Numbered from the stretch's first letter, positions 25,537 through 35,262 are shown. The stretch is 57,403 nt of DNA from a virus (IMGVR_UViG_3300028590_000018:1-57403), one strand, 5' to 3'. Made by a program: numbers and translations. Notes: generated by a model not told the origin, from the sequence alone.

Positions 25537-25748
25537 TAGTTGGGCAGCTCTAAACGGCTCTAAGCGAGCCGTAAAGCACTGAAGCCCCCACATGGAGGGC
25601 TTCAGTCGGACAACGCCCCGGTAACCGGTTCGTCGAGTTTGGAGCCGAGAGGGCCGGACGCCTCCGGTGCGTTCCCTGACTCGGCGCGACCAGTGTAGAC
25701 CCGCCCACCGACAGTGGTCCTCAACTAATCGGCGGCTATCCCCAACTA
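25537..25748 (+). ncRNA. Structured RNA candidate 3 (about 212 nt, multi-stem)
   Basis: Closing TAGTTGGG/CCCAACTA; hairpins at 25554-25572, 25578-25606, 25644-25685, 25701-25735; no ORF in the track. Confidence 0.7.
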
Positions 25749-25781
25749 GTCCCCAATTTGCCCCAACTTAGGGGGGTGCCG

Positions 25782-25997
25782 ATGCCCGGAATGATGCGCT
25801 GGTCTTGTTCGCGCGGCTGCTGTATCCGCGACGGCCGCACCAGCGAGAAACGGGACTGGCGGCGCGCTGAGCGCGATCAGCTCGCCCCGTGGGAGCCATG
25901 GGCTGGTGATGCCCGCAATCGACCGGGGCCGCATTGGCTGGAACCAGAATGGCTCCTGCACGGATATTGGCCTGTGGAGATCGCGGACGACGTATAG
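25782..25997 (+). CDS. Small Trp/Cys-rich hypothetical protein
   Basis: GGGGG RBS-like before ATG; CSRGCC. Confidence 0.5.
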   Translation: MPGMMRWSCSRGCCIRDGRTSEKRDWRRAERDQLAPWEPWAGDARNRPGPHWLEPEWLLHGYWPVEIADDV

Positions 25998-26023
25998 CCC
26001 CGGCCACCGACAAGGAGCCCGCG

Positions 26024-26173
26024 ATGGACGACGATCTCTCGCTCATCGCCGAGATGGACGCTCGGATAGCGAGAATCCATGCGCGCCTGGGCTACCAGGA
26101 GGCGTCCCGAACTCGTGGCGAGGATGGCTTGATCTGCATCAAGCTGGCCCGCATCGACACAGAGGAGTCCTGA
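26024..26173 (+). CDS. Small hypothetical protein
   Basis: AAGGAG RBS; MDDDLSLIAEMDARIARIHARLG. Confidence 0.6.
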   Translation: MDDDLSLIAEMDARIARIHARLGYQEASRTRGEDGLICIKLARIDTEES

Positions 26174-26407
26174 TGGACCTGTACGCAATTATCGAACGGA
26201 TCCTCGCCCCACTGGCCGAGGATATCCAGCTGGCCTACGACGAGTGGGCGAAGTCCTGATGCCCTGTCTCGCTGCCCTGTTCCACTCCTGGTGTCACCCG
26301 GCCCCGAAGACGTTGGAGCTGCCGTTCACGGCCCCTGTGGGCGTGCTGTGGGTACAGCCGTGGTGAGCGCGAAGCGTTCTTACCAGCTTTCCGGCGGTGG
26401 TTCTGGC

Positions 26408-26653
26408 GTGAAGGCTTGGCGGTCCGGCCCCGGCGAGGTCCCTGGTACGTGGTGGGCGCAGGACCGCTGCATAACAGGACCTAAGGCCGGCGAGAGCGCC
26501 GGTAACCGGCAGTTGTTCCCCACTGGATGGGAAGCTGAACGGTATGCGGAGTTACGCCAAGGCGGGCACCGACACCTCGGAGCCCTGTGCGTCCTGCTCG
26601 AGGAGCGGGTAGCGCAGGCGATCGAGAACGCTGTAGGTGACACCCGTGCGTAG
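26408..26653 (+). CDS. Hypothetical protein (start uncertain)
   Basis: KAWRSGPGEVPGTWWAQD...FPTGWEAERYA. Confidence 0.5.
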   Translation: MKAWRSGPGEVPGTWWAQDRCITGPKAGESAGNRQLFPTGWEAERYAELRQGGHRHLGALCVLLEERVAQAIENAVGDTRA

Positions 26654-27032
26654 GCAACTCGCTCGCGCGGCGCAGTTCCTGCGTCTGCGCCACCTGGCCA
26701 TGCGCCGTGCATCAGCCACAGATCCCGACCCGATGGCCAGGGCGTACGACGAGATCGCAGCGATGTTCCGGAAGATTCGGGATGAAGGCAATGCCTGACC
26801 TTCTCGACCGTTGGGCCGTCCGCTTCGTGCAGTACCTGATCGCCCGCTTCGGCTGGCGCTGAGTGCCAAGAAATAGCAGCTCAATACCGAATTCACCGGT
26901 ATGTTTCGCCCGTTATGACCGATTAGGAGTAGGCAATGCTCGGAGTTATCGTCAGCGCGCTGTGGGAGATTGTGTCGTGGAACAGCTTCGCGATCCCGAA
27001 GGCATTGTGGACCATCGTGCAGAGCGCATCGG

Positions 27033-27264
27033 CATGAACCTGAAGCCGATCCGCCGCAAGCTCCACGCCCGCGTTAGGAAGGTAGGCCTGCGCCGTCTCG
27101 CCGCCTACCTGGATCCCGGCCCACTCGTACGCCTGTGGGATAAGGACTTCAACCTCATCGCTGACAGCGACCGAGGCGACCGCATCCCCAGCTTCGAGTC
27201 CATCGACTACGAGGTGGTCAGGCGCGCGGAGTACATGCCGGCCACCTCTGTGCGGGTGAGGTAG
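27033..27264 (+). CDS. Small protein carrying a baseplate-hub-like PLVRLWDxDFNL motif
   Basis: PLVRLWDKDFNLIA vs PLVRIWDGDWNLVG in 44145-45794. Confidence 0.6.
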
Positions 27265-27272
27265 CAACCCCC

Positions 27273-27443
27273 ATGCAACCGCTGTACGACTGGGTCATCG
27301 ACGGCACGCGCTACAGCGAGATCGGACGTGAGGTCACACTCACCGGCGAGACGATCATCCACATCGTCACCTCGGACTCCATCCACTACCAGCCCGAAGA
27401 CGTGCGCGTCATGCGCTTCGAACTGCGACCATCAAACCCGTGA
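27273..27443 (+). CDS. 56-aa hypothetical protein (not in ORF track)
   Basis: GAGG RBS; MQPLYDWVIDGTRYSEIGREVTLTGETIIHIVTSDSIHYQPEDVRVMRFELRPSNP. Confidence 0.55.
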   Translation: MQPLYDWVIDGTRYSEIGREVTLTGETIIHIVTSDSIHYQPEDVRVMRFELRPSNP

Positions 27444-27606
27444 CCGATCTGGTGCAAGCACTGACCCAATGGAGCAAGGTGGAGCCGCAGCCGAGCCTGC
27501 CCACCATCCTCCCTACCTGGCTGTGGGATGATCTGGAGCAGCAGGGCGATCCTCTGTTCTGCCGACTGCGTGACGCCGGGAGGGTCGTCCGCAACCAGGT
27601 GCAGTG

Positions 27607-27954
27607 ATGCCACGCGTCTCGATGCGGGTGTGCTCTCACCCTGGCTGCCCGCTCGTCCAGTCCTCACCTCGGTGCCGGCGCCATCAAGCTGAGTACGACC
27701 GTCACGCCCGACAGACCACACCGACCAAGGTCACACGCACTACCGCTGAACGTCACCGCCGAGCTGACGCTGTAGCCCGACACCGTGCAGCACATGGTGA
27801 CTGGTGCCCAGGATGGCAGCGGCCGGCTCACCCATCCCCTGACCTGACCGCGGACCATACGACCGCTGTAGCGGCATCTGGAGACCCGCACGGCCCCTTG
27901 CAGGTGCTATGCCGGTCATGCAATGCATCCAAGGGTGCTCGTGAAAACAGGTGA
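27607..27954 (+). CDS. HNH endonuclease (terminase-associated)
   Basis: CSHPGC...RCRRH...LTADH...LQVLCRSCNASKG; just upstream of terminase. Confidence 0.9.
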   Translation: MPRVSMRVCSHPGCPLVQSSPRCRRHQAEYDRHARQTTPTKVTRTTAERHRRADAVARHRAAHGDWCPGWQRPAHPSPDLTADHTTAVAASGDPHGPLQVLCRSCNASKGARENR

Positions 27955-28400
27955 AGATGGACTTCAGCTACTTTCACGGATGCCGATCGGTAACTGGAGG
28001 GTGACCGGTCTGCAACCGTTCAGGCAACACGACGCCAGTTAACTCCTGGTGACACCGCACAGTGCGGTCGGGATGTCAAGCGGTAACCGAATGGTAGCCA
28101 CTATTTAGGTCAAGTCAGACTTCGGCCTGTTTCAGCGGCCCACCCCCCAGGGGGGGTGCCCCTCGCGCCGGCCCCGCCGCCACCTTCGGGGAGGGCGCTC
28201 GGTGGTGCGGAGGGTTCAAACACACCCGGCCCGTGATGTCAACCCCCAATTCAGACAGTGCCTCTGGCTGAAACACCCCGAAGATTGACGAGACCTGTTT
28301 TCAGCCGACCCCGCGGCGCGACGCCCCGGGGTAACTAGATGTTGCCTGGTCCTGACGCGATGTCGGGGCGGTGGAGCGGCGCGATGCCGCGGAGGAGGTC
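27955..28400. other. Non-coding gap between HNH and small terminase, probable cos/packaging-end region
   Basis: Synteny; palindrome CACCCCCC-ag-GGGGGGTG at about 28141-28158; exact end cannot be determined. Confidence 0.5.
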
Positions 28401-28406
28401 GAAGCT

Positions 28407-28949
28407 ATGCCCCGTGGTGGTGCCCGGAACAGGAGCGGGCCAGCGGTAGACCCATCCTCGGGTCGATCGGACCGGCGAGGACTGGCGTTCACGCGGCTGC
28501 CCGCTGAGGGCTACGACGGTGAGGCTCCCGAGTACCCGCTGATGCCTCGCCGTGTGATGCGCTGGGAGCACGGCGAGAAGGGCGCCCGCTGGCAAGTCGT
28601 CGACGACGAGGCGACCGAGTTCGTTCGCGAACGTGAAGCCGAACTGTGGGCGTGGGCGTGGACCACACCGCAGGCGGTGGCGTGGGCTACCGAACAGTGG
28701 CGTTGGCAGGCGATCGCGCACTGGGTGCGAACCTCGGTGATCTGCGAATCCAATGAGGCCATGGCCTCAGACCGTGGCTCGCTGCACCGGTTCGCCGACC
28801 AGATCGGGCTGACACCGGCCGGGCTGAAAGAGAATGGCTGGGCGATTGCCGCCGACGAGGTAGCGACCGCCCGGGAGAAGACGAAGCCGAAGGCTGCTGC
28901 TGCCCCGCCAACTCGGCGGTTGAGAGCGGTGCCCGGTGGCGCCGACTGA
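28407..28949 (+). CDS. Terminase small subunit
   Basis: MPRGGARNRSGP...AWTTPQAVAW...IGLTPAGL; GGAGG RBS. Confidence 0.88.
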   Translation: MPRGGARNRSGPAVDPSSGRSDRRGLAFTRLPAEGYDGEAPEYPLMPRRVMRWEHGEKGARWQVVDDEATEFVREREAELWAWAWTTPQAVAWATEQWRWQAIAHWVRTSVICESNEAMASDRGSLHRFADQIGLTPAGLKENGWAIAADEVATAREKTKPKAAAAPPTRRLRAVPGGAD

Positions 28950-30006
28950 CGGCTTCATCGTCGATTTCCCGACCCTCGGCGATATCGGTGAGGCGTGGGT
29001 CAAGCAGCACTGCCGGATACCGGACGGCTACCGCCGTGGCGCGGAGTTCGTGTGGTCGGATTGGCAGTTCTGGTGCGGAGCTAACTATCAGCGGATCCGG
29101 CCCGGCGCCCAGTGGGTTGCTGAGGATGAGCCGCTGCTCAATCAGGCGTTCACGTACCGGCGCGCGCAGATCGTGGCCCCGCAGAAGACCGGCAAAGGGC
29201 CTTGGTCGGCGTCGGTTACCTGCATCATGGCCGTCGGGCCCGCGGAGTTCCTCGGCTGGGCTGGCCGTGATGATGGGTGGGCGTGCTCGGACTGGGGTTG
29301 CGGGTGCGGGTGGGAGTACCCGTATCTCGAGGGTGAGCCGATGGCGATGCGCCACCCCTCGCCAGTGATCCAGCTGACCGCCAACTCAGAGGAGCAGGTA
29401 GGCAACGTCTACCGGCCACTCACGGCGATGATCAAACTCGGCCCGCTGTCGGACCTGATGGCGGTACGCGAGGGCTTCATACGCATCCTCGGCGCGGTCG
29501 GGGGCGACGATTTCGACCGCATCGACGCTGTCACATCCTCGGCTCGAGGTCGTGTCGGTAACCCGGTTAGCTGGGTGTTGCAGGACGAGACCGGGCTGTA
29601 CACGGTGCAGAACAAAATGGTCGGGATCGCCGAGACGCAGCGCCGCGGCGCGGCCGGTATGAACGGGCGCACGATGGAGACCACGAATGCGTGGGATCCG
29701 GCCGAGAATTCGACCGCGCAACGCACCTATGAGTCGCAGGCGCCGGACATCTGGAAGTTCTTCCGCATCCCGCCCGCGGGGTTGTCGTGGGGGAACAAGC
29801 GGGACCGGCGCAAGATCCTGCGCCACGTCTACGACGGCAGCCCATGGGTGAACCTGGACTCGATCGAGGCTGAGGCGCTGGAACTCAACGAGCGCGACCC
29901 AGCCCAAGCTGAACGGTTCTTCGGTAACCGGTTGGTCGCTCGAGCAGGAACATGGTTGCCACAGGGGTTGTGGGAGAGCCGCTATGCCGAAACTGTGGCT
30001 TCCTAA
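28936..30006 (+). CDS. Terminase large subunit, ATPase domain
   Basis: WSDWQ, Walker A PQKTGKG, Walker B VLQDE, TTNAW. Confidence 0.9.
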   Translation: MAPTDGFIVDFPTLGDIGEAWVKQHCRIPDGYRRGAEFVWSDWQFWCGANYQRIRPGAQWVAEDEPLLNQAFTYRRAQIVAPQKTGKGPWSASVTCIMAVGPAEFLGWAGRDDGWACSDWGCGCGWEYPYLEGEPMAMRHPSPVIQLTANSEEQVGNVYRPLTAMIKLGPLSDLMAVREGFIRILGAVGGDDFDRIDAVTSSARGRVGNPVSWVLQDETGLYTVQNKMVGIAETQRRGAAGMNGRTMETTNAWDPAENSTAQRTYESQAPDIWKFFRIPPAGLSWGNKRDRRKILRHVYDGSPWVNLDSIEAEALELNERDPAQAERFFGNRLVARAGTWLPQGLWESRYAETVAS

Positions 30007-30586
30007 CCCACCCGCGGGGACGCCGATCGGGTGCGGGTTCGACGGCAGCGAGAACAACGACTGGTCCGCGCTGCGATGCGAGACCCGCGACGGCTTCCAG
30101 TTCACCCCCCGTTACGGCCCTGATCGACGTCCAGCGATCTGGAATCCCGCCGAGTTCGGCGGCCAGATCCCCCGCGGTGAGGTTCATGCCGCGGTTGACC
30201 ATGTTTTCACCACCTACGCGGTGGCGCGCATGTACTTCGACCCGCAGGACTGGCGCACAGAGGGCGGCGAATGGGCCCTAGAACACGGCGATGAGCACGT
30301 ATTCGAGTGGGCCACCAACCGGATCACGCAGATGTATGCGGCGATCCGGCGGTTCGAGATCGACTTGAAGACCCGCATCACCAACGACGGATGCCCGATC
30401 ACCGACACGCACATGGCGAACTGCCGAAAAGTCCCCAAACCCGGCGACAAATACGTGCTCGGCAAACCTTCGGACCACCAGAAGATCGACGCCTCTATCG
30501 CCTCGATCCTCGCGCACGAAGCCGCTTCGGATGCTCGCGAAGCCGGTTGGGAAGACGTTGATGGCCGCATGTTCTGTTTCAGATAG
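29984..30586 (+). CDS. Terminase large subunit, nuclease domain (separate ORF)
   Basis: GFDGSENND, YFDP, KIDASIASILA RNase H-like acidic motifs; own GGAG RBS. Confidence 0.88.
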   Translation: MPKLWLPNPPAGTPIGCGFDGSENNDWSALRCETRDGFQFTPRYGPDRRPAIWNPAEFGGQIPRGEVHAAVDHVFTTYAVARMYFDPQDWRTEGGEWALEHGDEHVFEWATNRITQMYAAIRRFEIDLKTRITNDGCPITDTHMANCRKVPKPGDKYVLGKPSDHQKIDASIASILAHEAASDAREAGWEDVDGRMFCFR

Positions 30587-30596
30587 GAGGTGAGTC

Positions 30597-32012
30597 TTGG
30601 TCGTTCTGCGTACGAAGCTCACCGATGACGAGCGGGACATGGTCAACAAGCTGTCTGGGCGGTTGGCGAACCTGTCCCGCGACGACAAGCTGTACGACTC
30701 CTATTACGAGGGTTCTCAGCGGCTCAAGCACATCGGTCTCGCGGTGCCGGAGGAGTTCCGCATCTTCGAGCTGGTGGCGAACTGGCCACGCATGTACGTC
30801 GACGAGGTCGCGCGCCGGCAGAAGGTGAAGAGCATTTACCGGCCAGGTGCGGGTAAAGCGGACCCCGATCTGCAGGAGGCGTTTCACGCCAACAACCTCG
30901 AGGCCGAGGTGCCGATCCTGGCCAAAGAGAACATGATCTTCGGCCGCTGCTTCATGACGGTGGGTACGAACGAGGACGACCCCGACCATCCGCTGATCAC
31001 GGTGGAATCGCCGCGGCAGATGTCAGCGCTGGTGAATCAACGCCGCCGCCGCATGGACGCGGCGATGCGCCGGTACCAGGAGCAGGACGGCACCCAGGTA
31101 GCGACCCTGTTCCTGCCGGATAAGACGATCCAGCTAACGATGAGCAGCAACGGCTGGGATATCGACGCCGTCGGCGACGACACTGGGGTGGACCAGCACG
31201 ACCTCGGCAAAGTTCCGGTGGTGCTGTTCCTGAACCGGCGCAGGTTGGGGAAGTGGCACGGGACCACGGAGATGGCTGACGTCATCCCATTGACCGATGC
31301 TTGCGCTCGCGCGCTGACGGACCTGCAGTACGGCGTTGAGACCGTGGCCATCCAGAAGCGGTTCGTGATCGGCGTGGCCAAGGGGGATTTCGTCGACAAG
31401 GATGGGAACCCGCTCCCGGCGTGGCAGTCCTACTTTGATGCGCTGTGGGCGACCCAGAAGTCCGCGAAGGACGTGACTGTCGGGCAGCTTCCGGGCGCGG
31501 ACTTGTCGAACTTCCACAACACCGTGAAGCTGTACGCCGAGCTCGCCAGCTCGGTGACCGGCCTGCCGTTCCGTTACTTCGGTGCGAACACCGCCAACCC
31601 GGCCGCCGAGGGCGCTATCCGGGCTGATGAGTCCCGCGTGGTGTCCAACGCGGAGGAGAAGAACGCCCACCTCGGCGTCGGGCTCGGTTGGACGCTGGCC
31701 CTCTACGAGCGTTTCCGCACCGGTAACTGGCCTGCCCCCGGCGAGCCGGTCGCTGTCGAATGGCGCGACCCGGCTACCCCGACACGTGCCGAGGAAGCCG
31801 ACGCAATCCAGAAGCTCAACGGCGGTACTCCGGTGCTGTCGCGTGAGGGTTCCTGGGATGAGATGGGTTGGGACGAACCGCGCAAGGTCCGCGAGCGCGC
31901 CTACTTCGACGCTGAGGCCCGCGATCCGGCGCTGGAGCAGTTCGCAGCCGATCTGAACACCCAGCAGAACGCGCTGGTGGTGAATGGCAACGCCCCCGCA
32001 AGCGGCAATTGA
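30597..32012 (+). CDS. Portal protein (SPP1 gp6-like)
   Basis: YYEGSQ, ANWPRMYVD, VPVVLFLN, EWRDP; synteny. Confidence 0.92.
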   Translation: MVVLRTKLTDDERDMVNKLSGRLANLSRDDKLYDSYYEGSQRLKHIGLAVPEEFRIFELVANWPRMYVDEVARRQKVKSIYRPGAGKADPDLQEAFHANNLEAEVPILAKENMIFGRCFMTVGTNEDDPDHPLITVESPRQMSALVNQRRRRMDAAMRRYQEQDGTQVATLFLPDKTIQLTMSSNGWDIDAVGDDTGVDQHDLGKVPVVLFLNRRRLGKWHGTTEMADVIPLTDACARALTDLQYGVETVAIQKRFVIGVAKGDFVDKDGNPLPAWQSYFDALWATQKSAKDVTVGQLPGADLSNFHNTVKLYAELASSVTGLPFRYFGANTANPAAEGAIRADESRVVSNAEEKNAHLGVGLGWTLALYERFRTGNWPAPGEPVAVEWRDPATPTRAEEADAIQKLNGGTPVLSREGSWDEMGWDEPRKVRERAYFDAEARDPALEQFAADLNTQQNALVVNGNAPASGN

Positions 32013-32937
32013 GCACGACACCGCACAGCGCAAGATCATCAGCGACACCATCGACGAAGTCGCCAAGCAGTGGGGCAACCTCCCGCCGGCGGACTTCGAT
32101 GCTTGGTTCAACCGCAACATCGACAGGTTGAGCCGCACTGTCACCGCCGGACAGCGCGCCGCGGTATCTGGCGCCGACCGGTATGTCGGGGACGCGCTGG
32201 AAGAACAGAACATCACCGCTCGGCAAACGGCGACACCGTCTCCGGCGCGTCTGGTGGGTGTCACATCGGACGGGCGCACTATCGACGGTCTGTTGTTGCA
32301 GGCGGTGATCGACGCGGGGCAGCGCGTGAACGGTGGTGAAGCACCGTATCTGGCGTGGCAGAACGCTGGCCGGACAGCGCGGTTGATGATCCAGACCGAA
32401 CTCGCTGACGCGGGGCGGACAGCGACCGGGCTGGGCATTATTTCCCGGCTCGGTGTCGGGTATGTGCGGATGCTGGTGCCGCCGTCGTGTTCGCGGTGCG
32501 TGATCCTGGCGGGCCGTTACTACCACTGGAGTTCCGGGTTCCTCCGGCATCCGGGCTGCAACTGCAAGCACATCCCGTGCCGAGAGAATCGCTCCGGTGA
32601 CGTGCGCACCGACCCGAGGGCGTACTTCAACAGCCTCACTCCCGCCCAGCAGGCGCGGGTGTTCACCGTCGCTGGTGCGCGGGCGATCCGCGACGGCGCG
32701 GACTTGTCGCAGGTCGTCAACGCCCGCCGTGGTCTCACCATCGCCGGCGGTCGAGCGCAACGACAGGAAGTTCTCGGTCAAAGACTGCTGACCACACGCG
32801 CGGGCACCGCCGCCGCAGGACGTAGGCGCCGCGGCGAACGACGCCCCCCGCGGCTGATGCCCGAGGCGATCTACCAGATCGCTGATTCTCGCGAGCACGC
32901 CATCGAGCTGCTGCGCACGCACGGTTTCATCCTCTGA
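31984..32937 (+). CDS. Minor capsid / head morphogenesis protein (MuF-like)
   Basis: YVRMLVPPSCSRCVILAG...RHPGCNCKHIP. Confidence 0.85.
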   Translation: MATPPQAAIEHDTAQRKIISDTIDEVAKQWGNLPPADFDAWFNRNIDRLSRTVTAGQRAAVSGADRYVGDALEEQNITARQTATPSPARLVGVTSDGRTIDGLLLQAVIDAGQRVNGGEAPYLAWQNAGRTARLMIQTELADAGRTATGLGIISRLGVGYVRMLVPPSCSRCVILAGRYYHWSSGFLRHPGCNCKHIPCRENRSGDVRTDPRAYFNSLTPAQQARVFTVAGARAIRDGADLSQVVNARRGLTIAGGRAQRQEVLGQRLLTTRAGTAAAGRRRRGERRPPRLMPEAIYQIADSREHAIELLRTHGFIL

Positions 32938-32994
32938 TTTTCCCTGTCCGGCGCGAGGCCGGTCGGGATTTCCCCCGCGATGGAGGACCAGTAA

Positions 32995-33540
32995 ATGACG
33001 GCACCTGCTACCGGTACCGCGCCAGCGGCGCCCGGTTCGACAGAGCCCCCTGTGGCGCCGCAGGCGCCGATCAACCCACCGGCAGCAGAACCCGCGACGG
33101 GCCCAGCTGATGGTGACCTCGGTGACGCCGGGAAGGCCGCGATCAAGAAGGAACGCGAAGCCCGCCAGGCCGCCGAGAAGGCGCAGAAGGCCCTCGAAGC
33201 CCGCGTCAAGGAATTCGAGGACGCCCAGAAAACCGAGTCTGAACGGACCGCCGAACGGATCAAGCAGCTCGAGGCTGACGCCGCGAAGGCGAAGCGCTAC
33301 GAGGCCGCCAACGCCGCCGGGCTGTCGCTGTCTCTGGCTCCGCGCCTAGTCGGCAACACCCTCGAGGAACTCATTGCCGACGCCGAACAGCTCAAACAGC
33401 AACTCGGCTCCGCAGCACCGACCGGACCGACCCTGCCGCCAACTCCGGCACCGGACCGCCGCCAAGGCGGTGGCCAGGCCGAAACGGGCGGAACCATGGC
33501 CGCCGGCCGCGCCGCATACGAAGCGCGTAAGCGCAAATGA
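32995..33540 (+). CDS. Capsid scaffolding protein
   Basis: Pro-rich N-terminus, LGDAGKAAIKKER coiled coil, GNTLEELIADAE. Confidence 0.88.
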   Translation: MTAPATGTAPAAPGSTEPPVAPQAPINPPAAEPATGPADGDLGDAGKAAIKKEREARQAAEKAQKALEARVKEFEDAQKTESERTAERIKQLEADAAKAKRYEAANAAGLSLSLAPRLVGNTLEELIADAEQLKQQLGSAAPTGPTLPPTPAPDRRQGGGQAETGGTMAAGRAAYEARKRK

Positions 33541-33562
33541 CCCCCAGTAAAGGAGGGGAGCA

Positions 33563-33940
33563 ATGGACCTGACACTCACTACCGACACGTTCGGTCAGGA
33601 CGATCAGTCCTGGCTGGCGTCGGCGCACGGTACCGATACCGGGCGCACGATCACTCTCGATCTGACCACGTTAACCGCAGGCACCCACTACCCGAACGGC
33701 TACCTGAAGTCCGGGTACGCGCTCAAGAAGCTCGGCTCCGGCAAGTACGGGCTGTTCAGCGTGGGTGACGAGTCGGGCGCTGTCATCGCCGGGCATCTGC
33801 TGACCGCGGTGAAGATCCCGACCGGCGCGACGAAGGTCGCTGGTGCCCTGATGTGGCACGGCGCGGTCGTGACCGCGAAACTGCCCCACACCGTCAACGC
33901 TGCAGGCCAGGCTACGGCCAAGGCCATCAGCTACTTCTGA
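33563..33940 (+). CDS. Head decoration protein
   Basis: DQSWLASAHGTD...NGYLKSG; between scaffold and MCP. Confidence 0.8.
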   Translation: MDLTLTTDTFGQDDQSWLASAHGTDTGRTITLDLTTLTAGTHYPNGYLKSGYALKKLGSGKYGLFSVGDESGAVIAGHLLTAVKIPTGATKVAGALMWHGAVVTAKLPHTVNAAGQATAKAISYF

Positions 33941-33955
33941 GAGGAGGCGTAACAA

Positions 33956-34981
33956 ATGGCTCTCGTCATCAATAGCGATTACGTCACTCCCGCCGAGCTG
34001 ACAGGCTACGTGCGAACTGCGCTGGCGGATCAGCCGATCAACGACCTGCAGCTGATCGACAGCCTGTTGCCGGACACGATGATCGACGACGTCGAGTTCC
34101 GGGCGAACATCACCCAGCAGGGTCTGCGACGGGCCGCGCGGTTCCGGTCGTGGGACACCGAGGCGCCGATCACCAGCCGTAAGGGCGTGGTTCGGATCTC
34201 CGGTGAGCTGCCCCCGATCTCGGAGAAGCGGCGACTCGGCGAATACGACCGGCTGCGGTTGCGCAAGGCTGACAACCAGATCCGCGACATCATCTTCAAC
34301 GATGCCGTCGAGCTGGCGCAGGCGCTGCGGACCCGCATCATCATGGCCAAGGCCGATGCGCTGGTGAACGGCAAGGTGACCCTCGCCGAGAACGGCCTGG
34401 ATCTGGTCGCGGACTTCCAGCGGCTCTCGGGCCACTCGGTGACCGCGTCGGTGCTGTGGTCGGTCACCGGCGCCGGTGCCGCAGACCCGATCGCCGATCA
34501 GGAGTCGTGGTTTGCGACGTTCCGGGCTACCCAGTCGGGTAACCCGATTCGGGCGATCACCTCCCAGCGAGTGATGTCGGCGCTGATGCGCAACGACAAG
34601 ATCCGCGCCTACGCGCTGCCCCCGGGTTCGACGCAGGGCATCGTGACCCGCGAGCAGGTCAACGCACTGTTCACCTCCTTCGGGCATCCGTCGTTCGAGA
34701 TCTTCGACGCGCAGGTAGAGGACTCGACCGGTGCGGCTACTCGCCTTATCCCGGACGACAAGATCCTGTACATCGGTTCGTCCAAGATCGGTGAGACCCT
34801 GTGGGGCACCACCGCCGAGGCGCTCGAACCCGATTACGGGATCGACTCCACCGACGCTCCCGGAATCGTGGTCGGAAGCTACATCGACAACGACCCGGTG
34901 GCCCGGTGGACCAAGGCGTCGGGCATCGGCCTGCCGATGCTGCTCAACGCCAACGCCACCTTCCTGGCGGACGTGCTCTGA
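33956..34981 (+). CDS. Major capsid protein (lambda gpE-like)
   Basis: 341 aa; ARFRSWDTEAPI, ELPPISEKRRLGEYD; synteny. Confidence 0.92.
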   Translation: MALVINSDYVTPAELTGYVRTALADQPINDLQLIDSLLPDTMIDDVEFRANITQQGLRRAARFRSWDTEAPITSRKGVVRISGELPPISEKRRLGEYDRLRLRKADNQIRDIIFNDAVELAQALRTRIIMAKADALVNGKVTLAENGLDLVADFQRLSGHSVTASVLWSVTGAGAADPIADQESWFATFRATQSGNPIRAITSQRVMSALMRNDKIRAYALPPGSTQGIVTREQVNALFTSFGHPSFEIFDAQVEDSTGAATRLIPDDKILYIGSSKIGETLWGTTAEALEPDYGIDSTDAPGIVVGSYIDNDPVARWTKASGIGLPMLLNANATFLADVL

Positions 34982-35262
34982 TGAGCCGCAAACTCAACAC
35001 GACCGTCCACATCCACGACGCCCAAGGGCAGACGCTGCACGTGTTCGGCCCGGACGACGAGGTCCCGGCCGACCTGGCGAAGCTCATCACCAACCCCAAG
35101 GTGTGGGCGGAGACCGACGCCGAAGGTGAACCGTCGGAGGCGTGGACGGTGGCGCAGCTCAAGGCGTACGCCGACGAGCACAGCATCGACCTCGGCGACG
35201 CTACGAAGAAGGCGGACATTCTGGCCGCCATCGAGTTGGCTGATGACGAGCCCGCTGTTTGA
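34981..35262 (+). CDS. Small head-region protein with HeH-like C-terminus
   Basis: WTVAQLKAYADEHSIDLGDATKKADILAAI. Confidence 0.8.
   Translation: MSRKLNTTVHIHDAQGQTLHVFGPDDEVPADLAKLITNPKVWAETDAEGEPSEAWTVAQLKAYADEHSIDLGDATKKADILAAIELADDEPAV

Noticed and set aside
25537-25748. tmRNA, RNase P RNA, raiA motif, hammerhead, or group I/II intron
   Set aside because: It lacks the tmRNA tRNA-like ends, the GAGGAAAGUCC of RNase P, the raiA conserved tracts as I recall them, and a CUGANGA/GAAA core. The GAGCCG resemblance to group II domain V is too short. A covariance search is still needed
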